DNA of 64,000 nt from an uncultured Solirubrobacterales bacterium (GCA_963794515.1 CAWCEF010000006.1:198014-262013); one strand, 5' to 3'. Shown: positions 17,659 to 27,267, counted from the first letter of the stretch. Notes: generated by a model not told the origin, from the letters alone. Translations and numbers: made by a program.

Positions 17659-18462
17659 TTGGCAAACCCGTTCGTAGCGCTTGTCACCGGAGCGTCCAGC
17701 GGCATCGGCGCGGCGACCGCGCGCCGGCTGGCGCGCGAGCCGGGCGCGCGGCTCGTGCTCGTCGCGCGTCGGCAGGATCGGCTCGACGCGCTCGCTCGGG
17801 AGATCGGCGGCGCCACCGTGGTCGCGGTCGACCTGACCGCGCCGGGCGCGCCGGCTGAGGTACTGGCGGCGGTGGCGCGCGTCCACGGTGAGCTGCACGT
17901 ACTCGTCAACAACGCCGGCGGCTCGTGGCGCGGCGGCTTCGCCGAGACCGGGTGGGAGAACGTCGAGCGGCACATGAAGCTCAACTTCGAGGCGCCCGTC
18001 CGGCTGACCGAGGCGCTGCTCCCGCTGCTGCGAGCGACCGCGGCGAAGGGAGCGCCGGCGGCGATCGTGAACGTGTCGAGCACCTCGGGGCGCGTCGGCC
18101 GGCCGGGCGCCGGCGCGTACTCCGCGAGCAAGTTCGCGCTCGCCGGCTGGACCGACTCGCTCGCCGCCGAGGAAAGCGTGCACGGGGTCCATGTTGGCCT
18201 CGTTCTCCCGGGGTTCGTCGCGACCGAGGGGTTCCCGGCGACCGAGCTCCGCCGCCACCCGGTCCTGCGCCTCATCGTCTCGGAGCCGGACAAGGTCGCC
18301 GAGGCGATCGTCGAGTGCGGGCTGCGCGGCAGGTCCGAGCGCTACGTCCCGCGGTACTACTGGCTGGCGGCGGCGGCGCGCGTCCTGGCGCCCGGCATCG
18401 TCCGCCGCGCGACATCGAGCGGGACGTTCACGACCGCGACCGCCAAAGACACCAGGCTCTAA
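17659..18462 (+). CDS. Short-chain dehydrogenase/reductase (SDR)
   Basis: TGASSGIG, NNAG and YSASK motifs. TTG start. Confidence 0.85.
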   Translation: MANPFVALVTGASSGIGAATARRLAREPGARLVLVARRQDRLDALAREIGGATVVAVDLTAPGAPAEVLAAVARVHGELHVLVNNAGGSWRGGFAETGWENVERHMKLNFEAPVRLTEALLPLLRATAAKGAPAAIVNVSSTSGRVGRPGAGAYSASKFALAGWTDSLAAEESVHGVHVGLVLPGFVATEGFPATELRRHPVLRLIVSEPDKVAEAIVECGLRGRSERYVPRYYWLAAAARVLAPGIVRRATSSGTFTTATAKDTRL

Positions 18463-18479
18463 GCTACATAACTGTAGCT
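18462..18479. promoter_or_regulatory. Palindrome AGCTACA-TAAC-TGTAGCT upstream of the thiolase operon (operator or terminator)
   Basis: Perfect 7-bp arms in an AT-rich 40-nt spacer, 24 nt upstream of the ATG at 18503. Confidence 0.3.
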
Positions 18480-18502
18480 ACAACCTCAGGAGTCTCTAGA
18501 TC

Positions 18503-19807
18503 ATGAACGCAAGCGTCCGCCGGGTGGCAGTGCTCGGCGGCATCCGAATCCCTTTCGCGCGGCAGAACGGGCCTTACGCGAGGGCCTCTAACCAGGACAT
18601 GATGACGGCCACGCTCGAGGCGCTCGTCGGCAGGTTCGGGCTCGAGAACGAGGCCCTCGGCGAGGTCGCCGCGGGCGGCGTGCTCAAGCACAGCCGCGAC
18701 TTCAACCTCACGCGCGAGTGCGTGCTCGGCACGCGCCTCGATCCCCACACCCCGGCGTATGACATCCAGCAGGCGTGCGGCACCGGGCTCGAGGCCGCGA
18801 TCCTCGTCGCGAACAAGATCGCGCTCGGCCAGATCGACTCGGGGATCGCCGGCGGGTTCGACACGACGTCGGACGCGCCGATCGCGATCAACGAGGACCT
18901 GCGCGGCGTGCTGCTCGAGCTCAACCGGTCGGGGAGCAACGCTGGGCGCCTCAAGGCGCTGACCAAGCTCCGCCCGCAACAGATCGTCCCCCAGGTCCCG
19001 CGCAACGTCGAGCCCCGCACGGGGCTGTCGATGGGCGAACACGCGGCGATCATGGCCCGGGAGTGGGGCGTCTCGCGCGAGGAGCAGGACGAGCTCACGG
19101 TTCGCAGCCATCGAAATCTGGCGGCGGCGTACGACACCGGCTTCCTCGACGACTTGGTCGTGCCGTTCCTCGGGCTCGAGCGCGACCAGAACCTGCGCCC
19201 AGACACGAGCGTCGAGAAACTAGCGAAGCTGAAGCCCGTGTTCGGCGGAGCCGACGGGACGATGACCGCCGGCAACTCCACCCCGCTCAGCGACGGCGCC
19301 TCGGCGGTGCTGCTCGCCTCCGAGGAGTGGGCGGCGGCGCACAACCTGCCCGTCCAGGCGTACATCACCGAGGCGCAGACCGCGGCCGTCGACCACGTGC
19401 ACGAGCGCGAGGGGCTGCTGATGGCGCCGACGTACGCGGTGCCGCAGATGCTCGCCCGCGCCGGCCTGACCCTCCAGGACTTCGACTTCTACGAGATCCA
19501 CGAGGCGTTCGCGTCGCAGGTTCTGTGCACGCTGAAGGCCTGGGAGGACCCGGTCTACTGCCGGGAGAGGCTCGGGCTCGAGGAACCGCTCGGCTCGATC
19601 GACGTCGAGAAATTGAACACCCACGGCGGATCGCTCGCAGCCGGTCACCCCTTCGGCGCCACCGGCGGGCGGATCGTGGCGGGCCTGGCGAAGACCTTGT
19701 CTGAATTTGAGCCCGCCGCCCACCCCCGCCGCCCCGGCCGGGGACTCATCTCGATCTGCGCGGCCGGCGGCCTCGGCGTCACCGCGATCATGGAGGCAGC
19801 AGCATGA
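18503..19807 (+). CDS. Acetyl-CoA C-acyltransferase (thiolase)
   Basis: Thiolase fold motifs: active-site Cys region QQACGTGLEA, and C-terminal NTHGGSLAAGHPFGATGGR and CAAGGLG. Confidence 0.9.
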   Translation: MNASVRRVAVLGGIRIPFARQNGPYARASNQDMMTATLEALVGRFGLENEALGEVAAGGVLKHSRDFNLTRECVLGTRLDPHTPAYDIQQACGTGLEAAILVANKIALGQIDSGIAGGFDTTSDAPIAINEDLRGVLLELNRSGSNAGRLKALTKLRPQQIVPQVPRNVEPRTGLSMGEHAAIMAREWGVSREEQDELTVRSHRNLAAAYDTGFLDDLVVPFLGLERDQNLRPDTSVEKLAKLKPVFGGADGTMTAGNSTPLSDGASAVLLASEEWAAAHNLPVQAYITEAQTAAVDHVHEREGLLMAPTYAVPQMLARAGLTLQDFDFYEIHEAFASQVLCTLKAWEDPVYCRERLGLEEPLGSIDVEKLNTHGGSLAAGHPFGATGGRIVAGLAKTLSEFEPAAHPRRPGRGLISICAAGGLGVTAIMEAAA

Positions 19808-21213
19808 GCGATCGCTACTCGCAACTCGTCAACACCCCGATCGGGAAGATCGTCTCCAAGCAGATCGGCCTCCCCAGCCCGGTCAAGCTCGATCGCTACG
19901 AGCGCGGGCAGCCGGTCATCAGTGGTCCGGTGCTGCTCGGGGCGGCGCCGGGAGGACGGCTCGCCGGCGCCGTCGCGCAGGTGCTCGCGGCGATCGACGC
20001 CGAGGTCCACACGCCGCTCGACGAGCACGTGCGAACCGCGGCCGCGGACGCGAGCCTCGACGCCAAGGTGTTCAACCCCGACGCCACGCCCGAGGACCAG
20101 ACGTTCAAGGCGCTCGTGTTCGACGCGAGCGGGATCGAGACCAGTGAGCAGCTCCGCGAGGTGTGGGCGTTCTTCGGACCGACGATCCGCCGGGTGCGGC
20201 GGTCAGGGCGAGTGATTGTGCTCGGCACGACCCCCGGCGACTGCAAGCGACCGCGCCAGGGGACCGCCCAGCGGGCGCTCGAGGGGTTCGTGCGCTCGGT
20301 CGGCAAGGAGGTCCGCAAGGGCGCCACCGCGCAGCTGATCTACGTCGGCGCGAAGGCCGAGCCGCAGATCGAGTCGACGCTCCGGTTCGTTCTATCGCCG
20401 AAGTCGGCGTATGTGTCCGGTCAGGTGATCCGTATCGGCGCGACCGCCCTCCAGGCCGACGGAATCGACTGGGAGCTGCCGCTCGCTGGGAACTTCGCGC
20501 TGGTCACGGGGGCCTCGCGCGGGATCGGGAGGTCGATCGCGAAGGTGCTCGCGCGCGACGGTGCGCACGTGATCGGGCTGGACGTGCCAGCGCTTGAGTC
20601 GGAGCTCGAGGCGACGATCGGCGAGCTCGGCGGCTCGACGTTGGTCCTCGACATCACCGACCCCGACGCGCCGGCGCGGATCGCGACCTACCTGCTCGAG
20701 GCGCACGGCGGCGTCGACGTGGTCGTTCACAACGCCGGCGTCACCCGCGACAAGACGCTCGGGCGGATGGACTCCGAGCGCTGGGACCTGGTGCTCGGGA
20801 TCAACCTGAGCGCCCAGGAGCGGATCGACGACGAGCTGCTGAGCCGAGACGCGATCCGGCAGAACGGCCGGATCGTGTGCGTGTCCTCGATGAGCGGCAT
20901 CGCCGGCAACGCCGGCCAGACCAACTACGCGACCTCCAAGGCCGGCGTGATCGGGATGGTCGAGTCGATGGCCGTGCCCGTCGGGAAGAAGGGACTGACG
21001 ATCAACGCGGTCGCGCCCGGGTTCATCGAGACCCAGATGACCGCGGCGATGCCGCTCGCCACTCGCGAGGCGGGCCGGCGGATGAACAGCCTCGCGCAGG
21101 GAGGGCTGCCGGTCGACGTCGCCGAGACGATCGCCTGGTTTGCGAGCCCGGCGAGTGGCGGCGTCAACGGGAACGTGGTCCGGGTCTGCGGGCAGAGCCT
21201 GATCGGGGCGTGA
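19804..21213 (+). CDS. Two-domain 3-oxoacyl-(ACP/CoA) reductase, FabG4-like
   Basis: N-terminal pseudo-SDR domain plus a C-terminal SDR domain (TGASRGIG...NAGVTRD...YATSKAG). ATGA overlap with the thiolase gene. Confidence 0.85.
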   Translation: MSDRYSQLVNTPIGKIVSKQIGLPSPVKLDRYERGQPVISGPVLLGAAPGGRLAGAVAQVLAAIDAEVHTPLDEHVRTAAADASLDAKVFNPDATPEDQTFKALVFDASGIETSEQLREVWAFFGPTIRRVRRSGRVIVLGTTPGDCKRPRQGTAQRALEGFVRSVGKEVRKGATAQLIYVGAKAEPQIESTLRFVLSPKSAYVSGQVIRIGATALQADGIDWELPLAGNFALVTGASRGIGRSIAKVLARDGAHVIGLDVPALESELEATIGELGGSTLVLDITDPDAPARIATYLLEAHGGVDVVVHNAGVTRDKTLGRMDSERWDLVLGINLSAQERIDDELLSRDAIRQNGRIVCVSSMSGIAGNAGQTNYATSKAGVIGMVESMAVPVGKKGLTINAVAPGFIETQMTAAMPLATREAGRRMNSLAQGGLPVDVAETIAWFASPASGGVNGNVVRVCGQSLIGA

Positions 21214-21214
21214 C

Positions 21215-22117
21215 GTGCCGACGCGTGAACTGACCAGCTCGCCGTCGATGCTTCCGCTGTTCGCGCGCGCGGGTGCGGCGATGATCCCGGGCGCGTCGAA
21301 CCTGCCGTTCGTCGGTGGCGGTGGCCGGGACATCCCGGACCTGGCGCTGCGGCTGACCGACGTCGAGGTCGACGGCGCCCGAGTCGTGATGTACGACCGG
21401 GTGTGCGGGTTCGCGCTGCGCGACGTGCTGCCGGCGACGTTCCCCCACATCCTCGCGTTCCCCCTCCAGCTGTCGCTGATGACCGACCCGGCGTTCCCGT
21501 TTGGCGCGATCGGGCTTGTGCACATCGCGAACCGGATCACCCAACACCGTCCCGTCCGCGCCACCGAGCGCCTCCAGATCGACGTCCGGGCGACGCCGGT
21601 CGAGGACCACCCGCGCGGCAGGCAGTTTTCGCTGCGCACCGAGGTCCGGGTCGGCGACGAGCTCGTGTGGGAGGAGGTGTCGACGAATCTGAAGCGCGGT
21701 GGCGGCGGTGGTGGCGGCGGATCGAGCCCCGGCGCCGAGCTCCTCGGGCCCGAGCTGACGAGCGCCACCGAACTGCCGGCGACAGCGACCTGGCGGCTCG
21801 CCGGCGACCTCGGCCGCCGCTACGGCCCGGTCTCGGGCGACCTCAACCCGATCCACGTTCATCCTCTGAGCGCGAGGTTGTTCGGCTTCAAGTCGGCGAT
21901 CGCCCACGGGATGTGGACCAAGGCGCGCTGCCTGGCGGCGCTCGAACCCCGGCTGCCGGACGCGTTCACGGTCGACGTCGCGTTCAAGAAGCCGATTCTG
22001 TTGCCGGCGAAGGTCGAGTTCTGCGAGGCGCAGGCACCGGGCGGCGTCGTCGACTTCGGGGTGCGCGACGCGGCCACGGGCAAGTCGCATCTCGACGGGG
22101 GCGTCACCCCCGCTTAA
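21215..22117 (+). CDS. MaoC-like double hot-dog (R)-hydratase/dehydratase, HtdX-like
   Basis: C-terminal hydratase motif YGPVSGDLNPIHV...AHGMW, with an internal Gly8 linker. It starts 2 nt after the FabG4-like stop. Confidence 0.85.
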   Translation: MPTRELTSSPSMLPLFARAGAAMIPGASNLPFVGGGGRDIPDLALRLTDVEVDGARVVMYDRVCGFALRDVLPATFPHILAFPLQLSLMTDPAFPFGAIGLVHIANRITQHRPVRATERLQIDVRATPVEDHPRGRQFSLRTEVRVGDELVWEEVSTNLKRGGGGGGGGSSPGAELLGPELTSATELPATATWRLAGDLGRRYGPVSGDLNPIHVHPLSARLFGFKSAIAHGMWTKARCLAALEPRLPDAFTVDVAFKKPILLPAKVEFCEAQAPGGVVDFGVRDAATGKSHLDGGVTPA

Positions 22118-22164
22118 GCCGGCTCCGCCTAAAGACTCACGCCCGCGGCCGATAACCGGGGGCA

Positions 22165-23172
22165 ATGGCCAATGCGGCGTGCCCAAACGCGATATCGCAT
22201 CAGAGCGTTCGCCTCGGACCGGGCCGGCATCCCCGCCCCGGCAAGGTCGTGTGCGTGATGGAGCTCGCCTCGATGCTCGCCGGCGAGCGCTTCGGCGACC
22301 GCCCGGCGTCCGTCTGCCCGGTGATCGGGGCGATCCTGCGCGCCTACAACGACAACGTCGACGACCGCCGCCGCCAGGACCTCTACCGCTTCGCCGCCGA
22401 CGCCGTCGACACGCGCCGCGACTACCACGTGCAGCGCCGGCGCGCCGACCTCGCGCTCGACTGGGCGCTCGGGCGCTATCGCCAGCGTGGCGGCACGCTG
22501 CTCGCGCCGCCCGATCCTGAGGGCCCGCGCGACGAGATCGGCTACTACGTCGTGGGTGCGCTGGTCGGCAAGGGAGGCTGGTCCGACGAACAGCATGAGG
22601 CGCTGATCGCGCTCGTCGACGAGATGATCGAGATCAAGCCCGCGCCGGCGCTAGACGACGCGCTCGTCGGGAAGTTGAGCCTCGTGGAGGACGCGCCGCT
22701 CGTCGGCGACCTCCTCGAAGAGATCGCGCAGCCGCTCGAGCACCGAGGCGGCTACCACGAGTTCGTCCTCGCTGAATCCCTCCAGTGCGGCGTGCAGGCG
22801 TGGCTCGAACCGCGCCCGCCGCTCCTCGACGAGTCCGCGCCCGCCGTCGGTGAGCGAGGTGAAGACCACGCGCCGGTCGCGGTCGGAGCGGTGGCGCGTG
22901 ACGAGTCCGGCTGCGGCCAGTCCTTCGAGCATCTCGGTGACGCTCGCCGGGCTCAGGTCGGCGGCATCCGCGAGATCGCGGAGCGACAGCTCACTCTGGT
23001 CGCGAAGGCAGAACAGCAGGCTGTACTGCGCGTCGGTGAGCTCGCCCGGGCCGTGGGCCTCGCGCCCGCGCATCCGTCGCAGAGCGGCCAGGGCTCGTTT
23101 GAACGATCGCGCAACGTCCTCGGTGGCGTTGTGCTCGTCGCGATCGCCTACCACGTCTCCAAGCGCCGATAG
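22165..23172 (+). CDS. Hypothetical protein, paralogue 2 of the CVMELASMLAGE-motif family; the 3' end is unreliable
   Basis: Homology to the 5373..5912 product covers only about 22165-22720. The frame then stays open for another ~450 nt, antisense to marR. See findings. Confidence 0.45.
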   Translation: MANAACPNAISHQSVRLGPGRHPRPGKVVCVMELASMLAGERFGDRPASVCPVIGAILRAYNDNVDDRRRQDLYRFAADAVDTRRDYHVQRRRADLALDWALGRYRQRGGTLLAPPDPEGPRDEIGYYVVGALVGKGGWSDEQHEALIALVDEMIEIKPAPALDDALVGKLSLVEDAPLVGDLLEEIAQPLEHRGGYHEFVLAESLQCGVQAWLEPRPPLLDESAPAVGERGEDHAPVAVGAVARDESGCGQSFEHLGDARRAQVGGIREIAERQLTLVAKAEQQAVLRVGELARAVGLAPAHPSQSGQGSFERSRNVLGGVVLVAIAYHVSKRR

Positions 23173-23196
23173 CCCCTCATCGGCGGTCGTGCTCAT
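22651..23196 (-). CDS. MarR-family transcriptional regulator
   Basis: LTDAQYSLLFCLRDQSELSLRDLADAADLSPASVTEMLEGLAAAGLVTRHRSDRDRRVVFTSLTDGG forms a winged helix. The ATG overlaps the upstream MFS stop (ATGA). Confidence 0.85.
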   Translation of the reverse strand: MSTTADEGLSALGDVVGDRDEHNATEDVARSFKRALAALRRMRGREAHGPGELTDAQYSLLFCLRDQSELSLRDLADAADLSPASVTEMLEGLAAAGLVTRHRSDRDRRVVFTSLTDGGRGLVEERRARFEPRLHAALEGFSEDELVVAASVLERLRDLFEEVADERRVLHEAQLPDERVV

Positions 23197-24692
23197 GCCG
23201 CTATCGCCTCCGCCACCGTCTCGGCCGGCGTCCCGGATTGGCCGCCCTTGGCCGCGCGCGCCGCACGTTCGGCGCGCATCAGGATCACGCACGGGATGAT
23301 CGCGGCCGCCGTCAGTCCGGCCGCCACCCAGAACGCGGTGCCGTACGCGGCGGCAGCTCCGCTGAGGCCGTGCGCGCCCGTCAGCGCACGCTGAAGCACG
23401 ACCGCGAGGATCGCGGTGCCGATCGACCCGCCGACGCGCTGGATCACGTTCAGCTGCGGGGTCGCACTTGCGAGCTCGGACCGCTCGAGCGCGGCAAAGG
23501 CCGCCGCCATCGCGGGTAGGAAACCGAAGCCGATGCCAATCCCGCGCACGAACATCGCCACCGACAACCCGAAGATCGACGAGTGCGCGGAGATCAGGCC
23601 GAACGGAATCGTCGCGACCGTGCACAGGATCACGCCGAACAGTGCCAGCCCGCCCCCGCCCCAGCGGTCGGTCAGCTTGCCGGCGATCGGCATCGCGAGC
23701 GCGGCGCCGAGACCCTGCGGCGCCGTCAGCAGGCCCGTGTCGACGACGCTCTCCAGGCGGACGTTCTGCCAGTACAGCGGCAGCAGGATCATGCCGCCGA
23801 ACAGCGCGGCGCCGAGGCAGAACATCGCGAACGAGGCCGACGAGAACGTCGCTTTTCGGTACAGGCGCATGTCGAGCAACGGCTTTGGCACCCGCAGCGC
23901 GTGGAGCACGAACGCCGCGACGAGCACGGGTCCGAGGATGCAGGGGATGATGACCTTGAGCGAAGTGAAGCCGCCGGTCGCGCCGATCTCGGCGAGACCG
24001 TAAGTGAGCAGCGGCAGGCCCGTGGCCATCAGGAGCAGGCCGCGCGTATCGAGCTTCTCGACCTGGTCCCGCTTGATCCACGGCAGATAGCGCAGCGCCG
24101 CAAACACCGCGATCGCCCCGATCGGAACGTTCACGTAGAAGATCCAGCGCCAGCTCGCGTTCTGGATGATCAGACCGCCGATCGTCGGGCCGAGGATCGG
24201 CGCCAGCATCGCCGGCACGGCGACGACGCTCATGACTCGTCCCATCCTCTTCGGTCCGGCGGCCTCGGCCATCATCAGCTGGCCGATCGGCAGGATCATG
24301 CCGCCGCCGACGCCCTGCAGGACGCGGAACACGATCAGCTCGGTCGTCGACGTGGCGAGCCCGCACAGCGCGGATCCCGCCGTGAACAGCACCAGCGAGA
24401 CCAGGTACACCTGCTTGGCGCCGAACCGCCGGGCGGCCCACCCGGTGACAGGGATCACCGCCGCCAGCGCCAGCATGTAGCCGGTCACGACCCATTGGAT
24501 CTGGTCGATCGTCGAGTGCAGCTCGCGGCTGAGCGTGGCCAGCGCGACGTTGACGATCGTCGTGTCGAGGATCGACATGATCGACCCGACCATCACGACC
24601 CCGCTGATCATCCAGACGTGCGCGCTGATCGGGTCGCCGGCGCCTTCCGGCTGGCTGACTGTGCCCGCGCTGCCGTTGCCGTTGGAATCCAT
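23193..24692 (-). CDS. DHA2-family (EmrB/QacA) multidrug efflux MFS transporter
   Basis: ILDTTIVNVALATL...QWVVTGYML...RVLQGVGGGMILP motifs and 14 TMS. The start is probably the ATG at 24692 (MDSNGNG); the alternative is 24785. Confidence 0.85.
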   Translation of the reverse strand: MDSNGNGSAGTVSQPEGAGDPISAHVWMISGVVMVGSIMSILDTTIVNVALATLSRELHSTIDQIQWVVTGYMLALAAVIPVTGWAARRFGAKQVYLVSLVLFTAGSALCGLATSTTELIVFRVLQGVGGGMILPIGQLMMAEAAGPKRMGRVMSVVAVPAMLAPILGPTIGGLIIQNASWRWIFYVNVPIGAIAVFAALRYLPWIKRDQVEKLDTRGLLLMATGLPLLTYGLAEIGATGGFTSLKVIIPCILGPVLVAAFVLHALRVPKPLLDMRLYRKATFSSASFAMFCLGAALFGGMILLPLYWQNVRLESVVDTGLLTAPQGLGAALAMPIAGKLTDRWGGGGLALFGVILCTVATIPFGLISAHSSIFGLSVAMFVRGIGIGFGFLPAMAAAFAALERSELASATPQLNVIQRVGGSIGTAILAVVLQRALTGAHGLSGAAAAYGTAFWVAAGLTAAAIIPCVILMRAERAARAAKGGQSGTPAETVAEAIAA

Positions 24693-24791
24693 CGGGTCCC
24701 AAACGTTAGGCTCCGAACGATCGCCTGTCAAGAGGTCTGGAAACGCGGCAGACACTGCTGATCGGCGCTGTCCGTCTATCTTCATTTACTG

Positions 24792-26213
24792 ATGCCAACT
24801 TTTGCCGACCTTGGACTTGATCCCGAGATCCTCGAGGCCGTCCACGATGTCGGATACGAATCGCCGAGCCCGATCCAGGAGCAGGCGATTCCGCCCCTGC
24901 TCGAGGGGCTCGACGTGATCGGGCAGGCCCAGACCGGATCCGGCAAGACGGCGGCGTTCGGGCTCCCGATGCTCCAGTACGTCAATCCGGGCGAGCACGA
25001 GGTCCAGGGCCTCGTGCTGACGCCGACCCGCGAGTTGTGCATCCAGGTGACCCAGGCGCTCCGGGCCTACGGCCGGCGCAAGGGGATCGACGTCGTGGCC
25101 GTGTTCGGTGGCGCGCCGATCCGCTCGCAGCAGGCGCAGCTACGGGCTGGCGGTCACGTGGTCGTGGGGACGGTCGGACGGGTCAAGGACCTGATCTCGC
25201 GCCACTCGCTGATGCTCCACGCGTGCCGCTTCATCGTGCTCGACGAGGCCGACGAGATGCTCGACCTCGGCTTCCTCGAGGACGTCGAGAAGATCCTGGC
25301 GCTGACCCCATCGAGCCGCCAGACCGCGCTGTTCTCGGCGACGATGCCGCCCGAGATCAGGCGGCTGGCCGACCAGTACCTGTACGACCCGGTGACGGTC
25401 AAGGTCAAGGCCGCGACGCTGACGGTCGACACCGTCGAGCAGTTTGCTCTCGAAGTCCGTCCGCGGGAGAAGGCCGACAAGCTCGTCGAGGTGCTCACCG
25501 CCGAGCGACCGGACCAGGCGCTCGTGTTCGTGCGGACCAAGGTGCGTACCGAGCAGCTCTACCGCACGCTGCGCGACCGCGGGATGAACGTCAAGGCGAT
25601 CCACGGCGACATGACTCAAGGGGCCCGCGACGGCGTGATGATCTCGTTCAAGGATGGCCGCCTGCCGCTCTTGGTCGCGACCGACGTAGCCGCGCGCGGG
25701 CTCGACATCTCGGGCATCTCGCACGTGATCAACTACGACGTTCCGACCTCGCCGGATGTGTACGTCCATCGGATCGGCCGCACCGGTCGCGTCGGCCGGA
25801 GCGGCCGCGCGATCACGTTCGTCGAGCCCCAGCAGCGGCGAGAGCTCCTCGCGCTCGAGAAGAACGCCGGCGTCACGCTCGCCCCCTGGGTCGAGGATGC
25901 GCGCGTCGCCCCGACCCCGGCGAAGGCCAAGCCTCGCCGTCACTCCAAGCCGCACGACTCCTCCGACGGCGATGGGCGCGCGCGGAAGGTCATCGTGTCG
26001 ATGGGCCGGGCCGAGGGGCTCGAGCCCTCCGACATCATCCACGCGATCACGGCCGCGACCGGTCTCGACGGCGAGCACGTCCGGAACGTCCGGGTGCTCG
26101 AGCGGTTCACGCTGCTCGAGGTGCCCGAGCAGGACGTCGACCGCGTGGTCGATCGCGTGAGCGGCACGGAGCTGCTCGGCCGGCTCGTGCAGCTCGAGCC
26201 CGCGGCCACGTAG
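24792..26213 (+). CDS. DEAD-box ATP-dependent RNA helicase with a DbpA-type C-terminal RNA-binding domain
   Basis: Q motif (F..LGL...GYESPSPIQ), AQTGSGKT, PTRELC, DEAD, SAT and HRIGRTGRVG motifs, plus a C-terminal domain (VIVSMGRAEGLEPSDIIHAI...). Confidence 0.9.
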   Translation: MPTFADLGLDPEILEAVHDVGYESPSPIQEQAIPPLLEGLDVIGQAQTGSGKTAAFGLPMLQYVNPGEHEVQGLVLTPTRELCIQVTQALRAYGRRKGIDVVAVFGGAPIRSQQAQLRAGGHVVVGTVGRVKDLISRHSLMLHACRFIVLDEADEMLDLGFLEDVEKILALTPSSRQTALFSATMPPEIRRLADQYLYDPVTVKVKAATLTVDTVEQFALEVRPREKADKLVEVLTAERPDQALVFVRTKVRTEQLYRTLRDRGMNVKAIHGDMTQGARDGVMISFKDGRLPLLVATDVAARGLDISGISHVINYDVPTSPDVYVHRIGRTGRVGRSGRAITFVEPQQRRELLALEKNAGVTLAPWVEDARVAPTPAKAKPRRHSKPHDSSDGDGRARKVIVSMGRAEGLEPSDIIHAITAATGLDGEHVRNVRVLERFTLLEVPEQDVDRVVDRVSGTELLGRLVQLEPAAT

Positions 26214-26284
26214 AGCGCGGCGTTCGTCCCGCCGGCCGGGGCGCCGGCGCGGTGTCAGGTCTCCGTCAGCTGCCGCGGCCGGCC

Positions 26285-26305
26285 GGCGCGACTTCGGGTC
26301 GCGCC
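26285..26305 (+). terminator. Stem-loop GGCGCGAC-TTCGG-GTCGCGCC downstream of the helicase gene
   Basis: 8-bp perfect stem, read directly, followed by GATGTGTTG. Confidence 0.4.
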
Positions 26306-26368
26306 GATGTGTTGCGGTGTGTAGGCCGGCTGTTAGGCCGGGAACCTAACGCTTGGAGGTAACGGATC

Positions 26369-27115
26369 TTGCGTGTGAAATCGCTCGCCCGACGGCGCCC
26401 CTCGGTACCGATGGTCGTCTCGTTCATCGCCCTGTTCGTGTCGCTCGGCGGGGTCGGCTACGCCGCTGTGTCCCTGCCCAAGAACAGTGTCGGAAACGCT
26501 CAGCTCCAGAACAACAGCGTCGGCAACTTCAAGCTGAAGTCCAACGCAGTCGGGGCGAAGAAGATCATCAACGGCTCCGTCGGCGCCAGCAAGGTGACCT
26601 CGAGCCAGGTGCAGCTGCGGGTCGGAAGCTCGTGCTCGACCGGCGCGATCAGTGCGATCGGCCTGTCCGGGAGCGTGACGTGCACGCCGACGGTCGGCAA
26701 CGAGTACGGGTCGAACACCGCGGCCACGACGCTCGGGACGAGCGCGACGCAGGTCGCCACGCAATCGCTCGCGGCCGGATCTTCGTACCTGGTGCTCGCT
26801 TATCCGCATGCGGTCATCACCCCCGGAGGTACGGGGCAGAACGTCGAGGTCGACTGCACCCTGTCGGTGCCGGCGGGCTCGGGGACACCGCCGCCGGCGA
26901 ACCCGACGACCACGACGAAGACCTTCGCGGTCGATCTCGGCTCGAGCGCGCACGCCGTTGCCGGAACGATCCCGCTGGTGCTGCCCGTCGCGTCGTCGAC
27001 GAGCATCCAGCCGGCGACCGTTGTCTGCACTGACACGGCCACGCCCAGCGCACCGGCGCCGACGGTCACCGTCGACACGACCATCAGCGCGCTCCAGACC
27101 GCGAGCAACAACTAG
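26369..27115 (+). CDS. Secreted decapeptide-repeat protein, QTASNN C-terminus (uncharacterised), copy A
   Basis: GGAGGT lies 8 nt upstream of the TTG. Signal-peptide-like N-terminus (MRVKSLARRRPSVPMVVSFIALFVSLGGVGYA|AV), 10-residue repeats and 4 Cys. Paralogous to the next gene. Confidence 0.75.
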   Translation: MRVKSLARRRPSVPMVVSFIALFVSLGGVGYAAVSLPKNSVGNAQLQNNSVGNFKLKSNAVGAKKIINGSVGASKVTSSQVQLRVGSSCSTGAISAIGLSGSVTCTPTVGNEYGSNTAATTLGTSATQVATQSLAAGSSYLVLAYPHAVITPGGTGQNVEVDCTLSVPAGSGTPPPANPTTTTKTFAVDLGSSAHAVAGTIPLVLPVASSTSIQPATVVCTDTATPSAPAPTVTVDTTISALQTASNN

Positions 27116-27162
27116 CGGCCGCCCCGGCACGCACAGGGACGACCACTGACGCCTGAGGGAAG

Positions 27163-27194
27163 TGGCCGGTCCCGCCGGGGCGGGCGGGACCGGC
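27163..27194 (+). terminator. 13-bp GC stem-loop (GGCCGGTCCCGCC-GGGGCG-GGCGGGACCGGCC) between the two paralogues
   Basis: Perfect inverted repeat, read directly. No U-tract, which is common in high-GC genomes. Confidence 0.5.
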
Positions 27195-27267
27195 CGGGGG
27201 CGCGATAGCGTCCGGTGAACACCCGGCCGCCCCGAGCCGGGGATTCGCAGACATGGGAGGTAATGCG

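Noticed and set aside
21697-21726. Gly8-coding GGT/GGC run in the HtdX-like gene
   Set aside because: It is an inter-domain linker between the two hot-dog halves. It preserves the frame and shows no sign of disruption.
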